Below, one piece after another: positions 50,238-64,000 of a DNA stretch of 64,000 bases. The stretch comes from Podarcis bocagei. Its lineage: Eukaryota. The stretch lies in the NCBI GenBank assembly GCA_964188305.1, contig OZ076893.1, one strand, 5' to 3'. The notes below the pieces were generated by a model. The model saw only the letters and a list, made by a program, of their open reading frames with translations. It made no database searches and was not told the origin of the DNA. Both the position numbers and the translations under genes were made by a program. The number at the start of each line of letters is the position of its first letter. Position 1 is the stretch's first letter.

Positions 50238-50762
50238 TGTCATGAACACACCAGCTCCAAGTGTAATCTCGCAGCTGGCTGCAGAATGCGGTCAGGAACA
50301 GGGAGGCTGGGCTTTCACACCGGCACAGGAGAGCCCGCAGCTGCCAGCGTCAACTCCCCCTGACCTTGGACAGCCAGCTGATAAGGGAGGAATGGAGAGC
50401 AGGCTGGGACACAGGCAAAGCTCCCTGGAAGCCCAAACAGGCGCGGAAAGCCACAGAGACAGCTTTTCGGAACAGGAAGGGGCTGCAGCTGACCAAATAA
50501 GTCCGAGGCGTAGGCATATAGGAAGGCTGCTAGACAGGAAGCAAAATAAGAAATGTAAAGGTCGAAGGTTCAATCTCTTCTGTCAACACAGGAAGAATTC
50601 CTCAGAAGGGTCAACTGAGTGATGGGGGCCGGAGGCTTGCTAGAACTGTCGGGAGACAATTGCTTGGGGTTTGTTTGTTTGTTTGTTTGTTTTTTGCAAT
50701 AAATCCTCCTTTTTAATTACGTATGCTTACTGCTTACTGTCCAGGAACCTGGACTCCTAACA
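50238..50762 (+). mobile_element. Solo LTR (Gypsy-like) carrying an intact ORF (50242-50622)
   Basis: TG...CA ends; 5-bp TSD GTCAG (50233-50237, 50763-50767); AATAAA at 50698. Confidence 0.85.
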
Positions 50763-52880
50763 GTCAGAGAAACCACTTCCTTACTTTTGGGTAATTCCCA
50801 GTTTGTTTCCAAACTACTACACATTTAGTACTCAAATTCACATCTGAAGGGAATGATACTTTGCCCTTTGGGGAAAGAATAACCAAAAAAAGAGTAATAC
50901 TTTTTTTAATTTTTAATTCCTGGAGAATGAATCTGGGCTTGGAATTTATTTAAAGGTTTGCTGCCGCAAAGCAACTTCATGGAATCCTTCCCTGATTATG
51001 GACAGTGAATCCAATGGTCATGGAGGTGATTTTCCCAGGGTGAGGATCATCCATTGCACTCCAGGAGGGCTGACCAGGGGTGTGATTTTCCCAAGTGCAT
51101 AAAACATGGCATCCATGGCATCCAATTCCTCATAGGGAACAACAGATATCCAATTGGGAGCTTTCCCAATGCATCCATCTCCCACTGGTGTTTCAGAAGC
51201 TAGGAACAGTCAAAGTGCAGTGGAGGAAATCAGTTGCATCTTGTATTATTTTTATATTTATCAGTGAGATAGGCAAGAAATGCACTTGGGAGGGTTAAAT
51301 CAATGAGAATGTATTACCAGTCTAGTTAATTTTGCTGTCTTTCCACATTTTCTATTTTTGCTGAACAGATTCATTGTTACAAGGGAGGAATATGCATTAC
51401 AGCCAGTGCAACACACTTTCTAAAAAAGATTGCTTTAGGAAAGCATAAATGAATGAGAAAATGCCAAAGTTTAATACACTTAAGGCTTCCAAATGAAGAA
51501 AGCCGTAAAGTGGCCTTAGCCCTGCTGCAGCGTTCACACCAAAGTAGAAATAAACTTTTTCTGTGAGTTGTGATATGCTCCCTGTTACAAATGGGGCAAG
51601 CGATTTTCATTTTCTAATGTGGGTAAGGTAGCAAATCTCACAGCTGAAACAGTGCTGAGGACATAATTTAACAGGAACTTGGAAGACAGTTACACTCTGA
51701 AAGAAAGGAGATGATAATTAACTTACACAAGTGAGGGTGTCAGTCAAGAATGCAAAAGAGATTATCTGAAGGTGCAACCGTTTTTTGTTTTTTTAAATAG
51801 CACAGGGGCTTAGGCCGTGCACGTACCATAATTTAAAACACATTACTTCCCCCAAAGAATCCTGAAAACTGTAGTTTGTTAAGGCTACTGGGAATTATAG
51901 TTCTATGAGGGGTAAACTACAGTTTCCAGGAAGTCATTTGCTTTAAATATATGGTGTGTATGCAGCCTTAGATGCCACTTGAGGCTTCTCTTGAAAAGAT
52001 TAGTGATGAGTGAACTTGCATATGTTCTGATGATGTGCTCCATCTTATTGCCTGCTGGTAATTGTAATTTCAGCACCAGCCATGTGGAGAGCCACATGGA
52101 AATTCAGTGTCATCCTCCCACTCCCAATAGCAAAACAAACACAACTGCGAACATGGAAGGGTTTTAGCTCCGGATGGGGGACAGTAACCACATTTGCTAT
52201 GAACAAATGTGTAGTAGAACTGGCCAAGATTGGGGGGGGGGGCAGAAATGTCACCAAACAGAGATCTGTTTGACTAGGTGGTCTATTTATGTAGCTCATA
52301 GCAGTCAACAGCTTTTCATAGAGATGTAGGGGCTAACATTAAACAACATATTTTCATGCACCCACAAAGCAGCTGGGTTTTTTTGTAGTCCATGTAGTTT
52401 TGCAGTGGTTTAATGAGAGTTTCTGTGAAAGTGTGGAGCACAATATTGAAGAACTTTTGCTAATCCATGTACTAGACTTTGATGCCAGGTCTGCTGGACA
52501 GTCATAATCTGATTAATGTTTCAGATTATATTTTTACTTTCCCCCTCATGCTTATTGCATTGTTTTACTGTCTATTTGAATGTTTGCAAGCTGCTATTTA
52601 CACAAAAAATATGGGTGTACGTGAACAAATAATAGAATCTGTTCCACTATCAAAAAGGTCTTATCATGAGAAAGTTCTTCCTGTTCAGTCGGAATCTCAA
52701 GTTGCTGTACCTTCTCTTTCAGAAAGGCAACCAGCTTGCACTTGCTGCAGGTATAGTTCTGCACATTATCAGGCAGGAAGACAAACATGGCATAGCTATT
52801 TCAAACCAGATATGTACAGGTGTTGGTGACATCACTAAATGGGCATTTGCAGTTGATTAACAGTGCCATTAATATATATC

Positions 52881-53215
52881 TAAAGGTAAAGGTAAAGGGA
52901 CCCCTGACCATTAGGTCCAGTCGTGGATGACTCTGGGGTTGCGGCACTCATCTCGCTTTACTGGCCAAGGGAGCTGGTGTACAGCTGCTGGGTCATGTGG
53001 CCAGCATGACTAAGCCACTTCTGGCGAACCAGAGCAGTGCACGGAAACTCCATTTACCTTCCCGTTGAAGTGGTACCTATTTATCTACTTGCACTTTGAC
53101 ATACTTTTGAACTGCTAGGTTGGCAGGAGCAGGGACCGAGCAATGGGAGCTCACCCTGTTGCAGGGATTCGAACTACCGACCTTCTGATCGGCAAGCCCT
53201 AGGCTCTGTGGTTTA
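52881..53215 (-). mobile_element. Sauria SINE, 5'-truncated
   Basis: (TAAAGG)n tail; body homologous to the other copies. Confidence 0.9.
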
Positions 53216-55589
53216 ATCCCATCAAGTTCAATCCCATCAAGTACAATCCCATCAAGTTTAATCCCATCAAGTTCAATCCTATACATGACTGCACAACATA
53301 AGTACAACTGAGTTAGGTTTAGGTTTATTTAATTTATCTATTGCAACCCACTACAAATACTCCCAAAGCAGTTTGCAACCAGGAACTCCCAAATATCTAT
53401 TCAACTTTACTTTAGCCACAAAAATGGTTGTAGAACCACAGAGCCAACATAGTGCCGGTGTTAGCTCCTCTTGTTTTCTGAAGAGGAGCTAAATAGATAG
53501 CATCAGGAAAGTCACTATTTTAGCCTACTCATTCTCAGAGGGTTGTTGTGAGGCTAAAATGCTGCCCTGACCTCCTCAGATTGTGTCTTTACAAATTAAA
53601 AATTAAATAAGGTCAAAAGACAAATGATAGAGTTGGAGTATTCTTCACTTTACTTTTTCAGCACATTCATCAATTTCATTTCTGTCTTGGTGAGAACTAT
53701 TTAAACTGTCACGACGTGTTGCATTTTAATGCCATCTTAAAATCTAGCATAATTTGTAGATTTACATTTTGTGAAAGTAACGTGTTAAGAGTTTATTTAA
53801 GTTTATCTCTGTAGTTACGCAAAAAAAAAAAAATTATATCTTTCCCTTCAACAATCTGACAGCATGGAAAACATGTATAATGGGAAACATTTTCCATTGC
53901 TTATGACTGAGCACCATTAAAAGAGAATTTGTTTTCTGGCAAGAAGCACAAGATATTCATGTACAGGAAAAGATGCTTCAGCTAACTGAAAAAGGAGTTC
54001 GGCTAACTGAAAAATCTCTCCCACTTGGAGTCCTGTCAAAGCTAGCTGGCTTTACCCAGTGTGACTCTTTCACTCTTACATAGATGTGAGGTGGAAGCCA
54101 GGGCTGCTTCCATGGTGGGGTTACAGGAGGTGTACATTTATGTGTCAGCAGGGGCCTTAGACTAATAGTTTTATTAGTTTCATTTTTTTAAAGTGAGTTG
54201 ATCAGACATATCTAAAGAAAGTTATAAAACAAAACACAGACAATTCTAATGCTTTAGCACTTTGTAGCATCTCCATTGCCAAGGATGTTTAATAAGTTAA
54301 TCACTGCTGCTTAGCATTCAGAGAAAGGAATGTTGACCAGCCCCATCTGGAACATGGGAGGGAGCCTTCCAGGAGCAGCAGAAAAAGCAAGAGAAGCTGG
54401 AGTATGTTTGTTCAAGCACTTTTCTAGTGTCCACCGTATTTCATTGACTCCCCAGGTGTGCTGCCTTTACAGAATAAAACACAATTGGTTGCCTTGGGTA
54501 TGCTTTACTTAGAAGTGACTCCCTTTAAACAAATTAAGTTTCCTTCCTACATTAAAAAAAAACGGTAATATTTCAGTCATCCCTACAATTTTCCTTTTCC
54601 TCAGCACAGCTACTACAGGTCTGCTTGTCATCACTGGGCTGTTATTCATCAATATACAGTAACTTCCCTGTTTAGGGAAGTTTTTAATGTTTGAAGTTTT
54701 ACTCTGTTTTTAGTGTTCTGTTGGAAGCCGCCCAGAGTCGCTGGAGAAACCCAGCCAGATGGGCAGGGAATGAATGAATGAATGAATGAATGAATAATAG
54801 GAATTGCTGCCTCTATCACCCTCCCCTCACAGATATTTCTATCTTGATTTTTTTCTATCAGAAGCTCAAGGCTGTGTATATTGTATTCCCTTTCACCCTT
54901 TTTACCTTCACAGCCTTTACCTTATGAGGTAGGGTTGGCTGAGATTTGGTAGTGTTGCTGTAAATATCAGAACTAAGAAATGCTGCAGAGAAAGCAAGGA
55001 ATCTGCTTTTATGTCCTCGTTTACATGATCTGTGAATGCATTACATAAGAACGTAAGGATAGCCTTCTTGTTCAGGCCAATGGCCCATCTGGTCCAGCAT
55101 GCTGTTCTCACAGTGGCCAACTAGCTGCCAATGAAAAACTCACAAGCAGGACCTGAGTACAGTTAGGATTCTCCCTTCCTATGGGAGGGGGATACTGGGT
55201 ATTCAGAAGCAAACCTAAAGATCTGCTATGCATTTGAATCCCTCCCGCACAATACCTACAATGTGAAGGGATCTTGTGTTTCCATAACCACAGTGCTGTG
55301 GAGACACACACTAGAGGAAGGAACCAATATCTACAAGAAGCTGCAGCCTTGCCAATCAAGGACACCTAAGTGACATAATTTAGGACTGTTCCCCCCTACC
55401 CATTTTCCTTTTCCTGTGGATTCTTTCATTTAATCATCTTTTGAATTTAGATTGAAATACCATCCAATTCACTCTTCATAAATTGCAGGTGCTGTGTTAT
55501 GTCCTTGCTAAGGCTATGATCTTTACCACCTGACCAAGGAGGATTTATGGGTGTGAGCCGCCTTATCTGGAGCTTCTGATCTAGTAGAG

Positions 55590-55725
55590 CAGGCATAGGC
55601 AAACTCTGGCCCTCCAGATGTTTGGGACTACAATTCCCATCATCCCTGACCACTGGTCCTGTTAGCTAGGGATGGTGGGAATTGTAGTCCCAATCATCTG
55701 GAGGGCAAGAGTTTGCCTATGCCTG
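55590..55725. mobile_element. Palindromic hAT MITE
   Basis: TIR CAGGCATAGGCAAACTCT; perfect 8-bp TSD TAGTAGAG. Older relatives at ~48480-48608 and ~49278-49408. Confidence 0.9.
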
Positions 55726-56379
55726 TAGTAGAGCCAACACCTCCTGTTGAACAGAATCCCCCATACAAATTGTCACCCCCTGCCAGGAAACGCCAGAAGG
55801 TGCAATTAAGGACCTCCAGCTTCATATTCAGTTTGGCCCTGAGAGTTCTCTACCTGAGCTATAGCCTTGTTTTTATTGAAGCAGGTGTTACTGAAGGAGA
55901 AAACCAGGAAGTAAAAGGACAAGTGGTGACAGAAAGATGAGTGCAGTTTGTGCTCCACTTTGCGTGACTTCGAGGAGGAAAGAGCGTCAGAATGGCGTGG
56001 ACACAGTTGCACTGTAAATCCTGCAATAGCCGGAAATTCAGTGGATCAATAAATGACTCTCTTTCACATTCCATAATGCATTAACAAGAACATAAGTAAC
56101 ACCTTCCCGGCTGAATGACATTCTTGCTGCTAACTCTTGAATTCAGGGGCACTTTAGAGCACACTGGATTGCAGCCACAGAACCCAACGCTGTGCGTTTC
56201 AGTAACAAGTTCAACTCCTTACAGTGGGATTGAAGCATGCAGAGGATTGCAGCCTAACAGCCCTGCTCTATGAATATATTCCCTCCTCAAAATTCGTGGG
56301 ATTTATTCTCTAATTGAGGCCTTTCTGCTTTACGCCCTTACTTGGGAGCAAGCCTCCAATGAACTCGGAGGACTTGATT

Positions 56380-58330
56380 TCCCACTCCGAGTGGCCGCAC
56401 GTGCCTCGCACACTTTCCCCAGCTCCCTGCCAGAAACATCATCCGCATCCCCTCCTCCTCCCTTTCAACCAGCTACGTCGCCTACGTCAAGCGCTCCCCA
56501 TTTCGCTCTCCGCATGTGGATGGTCTCCTTGTGTGTCTATTTCGGAGCACGTGTCTGTTTCGTCGCTCCCCGCTTTCCCCTCACGCTTCTCCCTCTCTCC
56601 CCTCCTGCCCGCAGTCCAAGAAAAGGCACCGGGGAAGAGCTCGGCGGAGATGCCCCCCTCGTTGTCGTCGTGGCGTCGTCGTCAGGGGGACGGAAATCCT
56701 CTTCGCGGCCCCGAGAGAGAGGGGGAGCCGTCGCCTTCCCCCCGAGGGCAGCGCAGCTCTTGAGGTAGCCTGAGGAAGCACGCGGGACGAGCGGGACGCC
56801 GCCCGCCGGGTTGTCGCCACAGCCTCTGTGTGAGTGTGTGTGTGTGTGTGGTGTCTTCCCGCTGTGGCCCCGAGTGGCTGAGCAGGAGAGAGAGGGTTGG
56901 GGGGGCACCTCCGCCTCTTCTCCTCCAATATTAACATTGCCTGCACGGCGCTAAGGCTGCCCTGCCTGACTAATCTTGCTCTGCCTCTTCCTTCCTCGCA
57001 GCCCCGAGCGCACACAGCTACCTACAAAGGCACGTTACAGCGCCTTGACCAGAAGGCTGTGCTGCCGCCGCCGCCGCCGCCGCTCCTCGCACGCACACGG
57101 ATCGCACGCTGCCGCCGCCGCGCTTTACACACATCCAAGGATTAGCCGCTGCCGCCGCCTCTCCTCCTTCTCCCTCGCATCCCTCCCACTCGGTGTTTTG
57201 ACTTCTGCCTTGTGTGCTTCTTGGCTCGCGTATCGACTGCCTGCCTGCCTGCCTGCCTGCGTGCTTCTCAGCGGGTAAGTGGGGAGGTAAAGGTTGCACT
57301 GGGAGGGAAGGGAGGCCTCTCTCTGTGTGTGTTGTGCGTGTGTGACAATGTCACTCTGAGGGGCGGTGGGCATCTTCCCGCTCCCACCAGCGCGTCGCGC
57401 GCTGCCCGCCTCCCGAGCCGCGGGCTGCCTTTCCCTCACAGCTTTTCCCCCTCAGTGGCGGCTGCTGCGGTTTCTGGCGGGTTCTCCTTTGGGAGAGGAG
57501 AGCGCGCTTTCTCTCCATTCCTGGCGCCCTTCGGCCGGCGCCGTTTGGTGCCTCTCCACGGCACCCACGAACGCTGGGTGGGGAGCGGTCCTTGCGGCGC
57601 GGAAGGTGACTGCGCTGCTCTTCTGTGGGTGGGTGTGTAGGGAGAGGAGCGCGAGGAAGAAAAGGGAGCCGGTCTCTTCTTCCTCTCACCGTCACCCAAA
57701 CGCGCGCGCGGTCTCCCCCCCTCCCCCGGCAATGCCTGTTGGGTGGTTTATTGATCAGGCTTGCTGGGGAGTCTTCCCTCAGGAAATTCTCCAAGGCCCC
57801 TCCCCCCCCCGCGCCGTTTTTGCGGCAGCGTTCAAAGGGTCGACGAAGCCTAGTTGGCCTTGTTGGGAAGGGGGGAGGGGAGCGCTGGTTTGTCAGGAGA
57901 AGGAGGCGATGGAGTTTCCCAAAGTGCCTGCTTTTGTCCCCTCGCTCGCTGCCCCTTCTCCTCCCCGGGTGGTTGGCGGCGTTTCTGCGAGGCTGAGCAG
58001 CTGCTCTCGCTGGTCGCTGCGTGTGGCTGAGCGGCTTCTCGGCGCGCTTGCGCCGGCGACTTCCAGCCGATTCCACAGCCCTCGCTTGTCCTGTCGCCTC
58101 GGACCTGGGTTAGGCGAAGGGGCCCGTGTGGGGTCGTCAGGGCGCCTTCCGTCCGGGACTCCTGCTAGCAAGGGCTGCCAAGAAAGGCATGGCGTGCGTC
58201 CCGGCAGGCGCGGGGGGCTGCTCCTCTCAGCTTTGTGGGGGCTTCTGGCAAACTGTTGTTTGGGCTGCATTGTTTTGATTCCGGTTGCAGGGGACGCTCG
58301 CGCGCGCACGCTTTTCAGCAAAGCCCTTCT
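56380..58330 (+). promoter_or_regulatory. CpG island / promoter of an unidentified gene
   Basis: Sharp rise in GC and CpG content, (GCC)n runs, CCAAT near 56924, no TEs. Confidence 0.85.
57000..57274 (+). other. Probable non-coding first exon (start approximate)
   Basis: Consensus donor CGG|GTAAGT at 57274/57275 inside the CpG island; no ATG-initiated ORF seen. Confidence 0.6.
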
Positions 58331-59637
58331 TGGGTGTGCTGTGAAAACCCTGACAAGGTCCATCCTGTGTCGAGTGAATGGCATAAATGGGGAGCTTGAA
58401 ATCAAGCAGTGGCCCCTCATCGAGGCTTGTGGAGGCTATAACAAATTGCACTTTCATTTAGTGGAAGCGCAGCTGCTGGAGAAGCCTTTCAAGGCATAAG
58501 GGGGAGGAAATGAAGCCTGCATTCAGGGCACTGCACTGCTGTAATTTTCTCTCTCTCTCTTGAAAGGAATGGGAAATCTGAACAAGAATGATTGAAAAGA
58601 ATGGGCAGCGTGTATTAACTGGTCCTGTTTCCTCTTGGTTTCCATAGCATTAGTCCGATCCAATGTTTATGAACTATTCATAATCAACAGTTTCACTTCT
58701 CCACTAAACCAGTAAAATGGCTTTTAATTTTCTGGGTTGTATGAAACTGGATGGGATTTGAGTGTGTAGATCAAAGCTTTTTGATTTGGCAGCTGTCTCT
58801 ATGGTTATATGATTAATATAGCAAGATGGTGATAGAGAAATTGGCATAATTCCATTTTTAACAGTTCAAAATTGGTTATCCACAAACAATCAGAAGTAAA
58901 GTACAGTACTAAGATATCCCAGGAAAGAAAATAGAACAGTTGGAGATCTCCTGCTCCCTGTTTTTGGGAATTGGATGCAGATTAGAGGAAATATGTGTAA
59001 ATATTATTGTTGTATGTTACCTTACTACCAGAAGTTAATGAAATTTACTGTACTCCTTGGTGTTGACAGTAGGGGGATATTGATGTGATTTACATTATTA
59101 ACTGGTGTTCAGTAGGCAAAAAGTGAGAGTTTGCCTAGTGATTACTGGTAGCTCTTTTACTTGAGATCTGATTGACAGCATACGTACAACTTGCACCTGG
59201 TTTATTTTTGGAGCTATCTGATTAGAATGTAAAAACTGCAGATTTGAGTAGTTGTATACTAAGAAATAGGTCAGATTTTATTTCTAAAGTAAACATCTTT
59301 AAATGACTCATTCACTATTTGGAAAAATGTCCCATTTAACAAGATTGTGTGTGCAATCTTTTAGTAGCTTGGCTAAGGATATTTTTATGTTGCACCTTAT
59401 CATATTACTTATTATTTTCAAACAAAATGTGAAATATGATACTGCTGTAGAGTAACTTAATGTTGTTGCGAATTTCAACATACTTCAGTTCAGAATGTAG
59501 TTAAGTTTGGATGATACTGCTTTACTGGAATAACTGTTTATTGTTACAAACTTTTAAGAATAGTTCTTATGTATTTGACATTCAAACACCTTCAGAAATA
59601 GTTTTCCAATTTTGTGGAAGCATATTTATAAAACAAC

Positions 59638-59811
59638 ATACTGTACTTTTCCGTGTATAAGACTAGGTTGTTGTTTTTTTACTAAAATAATGTTTAAAGG
59701 GGGATAGTTTTATACACGGGGGCAATCTCCCCCCATTTTCTTAATTTTGAGTCCCCCAAAATAGGGGGCATCTTATACATGGGGGCGTGTTATACATGGG
59801 AAAATACAGTA
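59638..59811. mobile_element. Tc1/mariner-pogo-type MITE
   Basis: Imperfect TIRs TACTGTACTTTTCCGTGTATAA / TTATACATGGGAAAATACAGTA. Confidence 0.65.
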
Positions 59812-60963
59812 GGTGTTAATGAGTATTGATAAGAATTATGGTATTTTCTTTGCAAGATCTGCTTGCATGCTAATATTAAAATGTCATCTTTGAGAAATGG
59901 TTGATCTTAATACACTTAGATGTGGATCTATTTGAGTTAGTTCAGTAGTTTAGGAATGGCAAAATATGTACTGAGTAATAATTAATGGTAGTTTTCCCAC
60001 CTTTAATACTTCAGTGTTCTCTTAAGTACTTCTGAAACAAGTCTTTTAAGACCTCTGATAATTAATTAAAACGCACAATTTTCTTTACTAAAAAGGCTGA
60101 AAAATAATTTATTTTATGATCATTCTGGATTTTATGTCAGTTGAACTTCCAAAGTAAATTACTAAACTCTTATTCCCTTAATCTCCTCCATTTAAGATAC
60201 TAAATATAGGATGGAGTCCAAACCACATGCATGTAAACAATAAGCTTGTGTAACGCTTGTTAAAAGGATGGTGTGAATGAATTCAGCCTGGATTAGTCAT
60301 TATGTTACATAGAAATTCAGGAGATAATATAGTATGTTGATAATGTCAAAGCCGGCTTCTGTAATGCTTCTGTAATGCTGAAGTTATTCTCCATGGCTTA
60401 AGGATAATGGTCTCTTGAATGAAGTTTCACATGAACTGTAATAGACAAACCTGATAATGTCAGAGGCTAACCATAATGTCATTTTAAGATAAAGCCCAGG
60501 GCACTGGTCCATGAAAAATTGCACCTCCTTAGCTTCTGTAAATGAAGTCAATTTTGACTTTATTGTCTATGAAATTAGATAATGTTATTTTAAAAGGGAT
60601 ACATGACACATGTTTCCTCTGTGGCCTAAGCTAATGAAATATGAAAAAGTGTCTCCATGACAAAGAGTGTTGGTTTCCGAATAATGTCCTATCCCAAGTC
60701 AAGAAAAAAATAATGTATAATTGGCTAGATAATATGCAGAGATTTTCCACTGTGGTTGTATGGCTTTTCTGAAGGTTGTTGAAGTGGATTACCCAGGCTC
60801 TGTTTCTTCTTTCCCTCTGTACAAGAGTAGTGTTTCATGGAGTCCTTTCAAAAGTCTGTGGGGTAAGGCCATTATCATATGTAAATTGAAAGGCTTTGAT
60901 TTGGTTCATTTATATTTTGCTTTGGGAAACAAAGTGGAGCCCTGTTCACTACTTCTTCTAGAG

Positions 60964-61148
60964 CAGTGTTTCCCAGTTGGAGGTCCGTGGTCCCTAGGGG
61001 GTCTGCGTAACACACCCAGGGGGTCCATAGCACCATTCACGTGACATAAACTACCATAGAGGTATCAAAATTTTCAAAAGTAGGGGGTCCCTATCTTGGC
61101 TTTTGAAAAACAGGGGGTCCACAGTACTTAGTTAATTGGAAATCACTG
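60964..61148. mobile_element. hAT MITE
   Basis: CAGTG(T/A)TT(C/T)CCA TIRs; TSD TTC(T/C)AGAG. Confidence 0.8.
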
Positions 61149-64000
61149 TTCCAGAGGTCTTAAGCGTGTTTGTGTTGTGGATAAATTTATTTTAAAAGCT
61201 CTCTCTGTTAGGAACTATGCCTAATCTCTTCTCCTTTTTGAAAAATCCATTGCCTCTTCTTTTGGTATTGTGTTTCCAAGAAAAGAGGACAGTTAATAAT
61301 TGGTGCCTGAGTTTTCCTCTTCCTTTTCCCCCTGTTTGTGTCATAACTTTTAGATTGTAACCATATAGACAGGGACTGTTTGTTATTACTGATCTGATCT
61401 GACCTGTTCTGGGAGCAGAGTACACTTACCGTGGGCCTCTGAGGGCTATGTTGGTTGGGGGCTCCTACCAGGGACCATATGCTTTTTTTGGTTGAGTTTA
61501 TAACTTTATTCTGACAAGACTCCGTCTCTGAGCCCCAGACAAGCTCTACATGAGCCTGGTGGGCCACTCACCCTGATTCTGGACATGCACTACCCCTACC
61601 AATTCATAACCTCCGGGAAAGAGCTTCCCCTATGCATCTTTCAAAAATGAAAGGAGATGTATCCAGCATCTTGATGCCACAATATCCCCTTTGTTCTGGG
61701 TCTGTGGGCTTGAGCTACAATTTCCATCATCCTTCACAACAAATTCCAGTAGCTGGAAGGATGGGAGATTAGGTTCAACCCTAAAAACCAATTTTTTGAA
61801 TGAACAGCCTACTGCTTACCAATTGCGAAGTCATGTGTCTGATATATTCATTCTCCACCATACAACATAACTTATATGCAAATAACTTCATGATATCCTG
61901 GTTCAGGTTTTATCTATTGCACAGAGTGGGAGCATTTGCGCTTTGAGTGTGCTCCCTGTCTTCATGGTGCATAGAGAAGATAGTAATATTCCGCATGAAA
62001 TTGTTGTTTAGATGGAAATAATCTCAAACTGGTGAATTGTCTAGCTGCTGATATGAAATACTTTAGTTTATCATTTAGAATTTCATTCTAAAAGTGTTCC
62101 TGCCATTCCCATTCACAGAGGAGGCTTGCAAGGCCAGGCTCTTACTCTAGAACAGGAACGTCAACTACAAGGTCATTGTAATTAATTACAAATGGCTCTA
62201 GACAGTCTTTGTAACTGTATAGAACCATTGTGATCTGTAATTTTGGTGGGTTTCCTCTATTTAAATATGAAAAATGGAAATAGGGAATGAAACACAGAGG
62301 TTAGATGAGTAACTTTGCCTGCAGTTTTTATAACATGAAGGCTATTTTCTGCTTATTTCCTTAACTTTGAGATATATCATGTCATTGATAACTCCAGCCA
62401 CCTTTTCGCATATTAGCATTGTATTGTCCAATATACTTTACATTTTTGGCTATTACCTATTTAAGCTATGCATGATCCAAAGTTTGCAGAGTTCTAATGT
62501 ATTCAAAGGTGTGCCAAAGGAACTTCATGTGTGCCTTGGAGTTCCTGTATTCTTACTTAGGTCTCTTAGTAAGTCTAATTGACATGCATTATTATTTTAT
62601 AGAGGTAGTACCTAAAAAGTGGGAAATTGTGTGACTCATCAAGCCATCTAGCACTTCTTTCCTGATCAGGGAGTTGTGGGTGCTTGACTCTCTGGAAGAG
62701 AACCAGCTGGGATGCTGTTGGTGGCATCTGCATTTTTGACATGTGAATAACCTTTTTGAAGTAAGTGGAGGGACAGGTGGCATAAGGAACGCAGGAGGTA
62801 GAGTTAAGCAGAGTGGGATGGTTCCATCTGCCAGATAAATTGTGGTGATTTATCAGTGAGTGTTTTGAGGAACAAGACACCTGAGCATCTGAAGAGACAA
62901 CTGCTAAAAATATCTGGGAACTCCTGATTATGCCTTGTATTTCAATTCACCCTGGGTGGCAGACTCCATAAACCTACCAATAGAAATTTTTGCATCATTA
63001 CAGTATAAGATACTATTGTGATTCTTTTTGCCTCTTTGTAGCAGTTGTATAGCTGTTTGACAAAGCCAGAATTATAAATAGTAAATACAGCTATTGACAA
63101 AGAAATGTTTATAAAAAAAAGTATCCTACAGGTAGGTTTGTTTCTCATAACTGCAAATAACCATTTCATTATTTTGCAGGATGTGGTGTTTATGTATTTC
63201 AAAAATAAAATTGCTACAGTATAACCTTTTGTGAAGCAAAGTATGATAAATACTTTCCCACTGCCAACAGAGCCTAATAATTTATAAATAATCTTTGGTA
63301 TAAATGTAGATGTGATTCATTCTCTCTTTCATGATGCAAATTGGCTTCTATTTCTATGCGAAATTATTATGCAAAACTTTGACTGGATGCGTATTTTCCT
63401 TTTTATGCAGAAGTGTTTATTGAGTGAATGAATGAACTGTATTTCTTTATGCAAAAGGACTACAGTGATATGACTGCAAGATAACATAAGCAGAAGCCTT
63501 ATTTAATACATGGTCCCAGTTCAGAATTACAGGAGAGTCATCAAGTTGTGCTTTAGAGGGGTGCCTGTTTAAAACCACATAATGGAGATTTCTTGCTCGT
63601 CTAATAGCCTTTATCTGTCTTCTAACAGGGTTCATCCTTATGTTTGTGGATAAAAGTTGAATCTGCTTTACAGTGGTCATTGTGAATCTGGCTCTATCTA
63701 TTGGTAGATGCTGTAGCCTAGAAAAATGCCAACCAGATACCAGATATATATGTAAAAGGTGATTCAAAAGATGGGCTATAGTTACATCAAAAGGCAAAGG
63801 TTGACAACAGCTTTCTTTTCTTGGTTCTCATTTGGATTTGTTTCACCTGTTCCCTCCCCCACCCTTCACTTAATCTCTTGTCTCTTGTTGCCAAACCCAT
63901 GGTGCTTTGTCTTTGGAAGTGAGTTTTTACCTTTGATTATTAGACTAAATACTGAAAAGTACTATGCATGTATGTAAGGATTTAATAGAGGTTAGGACAA

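Noticed and set aside
57351-58499. Long ORFs (377 aa +, 241 aa -) in the CpG island
   Set aside because: They are low-complexity R/P/G/A frames expected in GC-rich DNA, have non-ATG or intronic starts, and show no domain motif.

Overview
This is AT-rich vertebrate genomic DNA, almost certainly a squamate and probably a lacertid lizard, judged by its Sauria/Squam1 and Squam3 SINEs and its BovB, CR1, L2 and Penelope elements. No host protein-coding exon can be named with confidence. A CpG island with a probable non-coding first exon lies at ~56.4-58.3 kb. Main elements: (1) a full-length but mutated chromodomain-bearing Ty3/Gypsy (Tf1/sushi-type) retrotransposon on the minus strand (3638-9200; 432-bp LTRs, CTACC TSD). 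It carries a self-priming-type PBS, a PEG10-like GGGAAAC frameshift signal and an open reading frame running through U3. (2) A heavily decayed endogenous foamy-virus-like (spumaretrovirus) provirus on the minus strand (~10.8-16.7 kb), which the ORF track shows only as short unlabelled fragments. Its order is integrase tail, then env (leader, SU, furin site, TM), then an accessory ORF that crosses the PPT into a ~1.4-kb LTR; an unknown ORF sits where gag-pol should be. (3) A solo LTR (50238-50762) holding an intact ORF in the same phase as the Gypsy U3 ORF. (4) Many SINE, LINE and MITE insertions, a hammerhead-ribozyme-like motif and an assembly gap. Foamy-virus reference sequences were recalled from memory and all comparisons were made by eye, so they need confirming by alignment.
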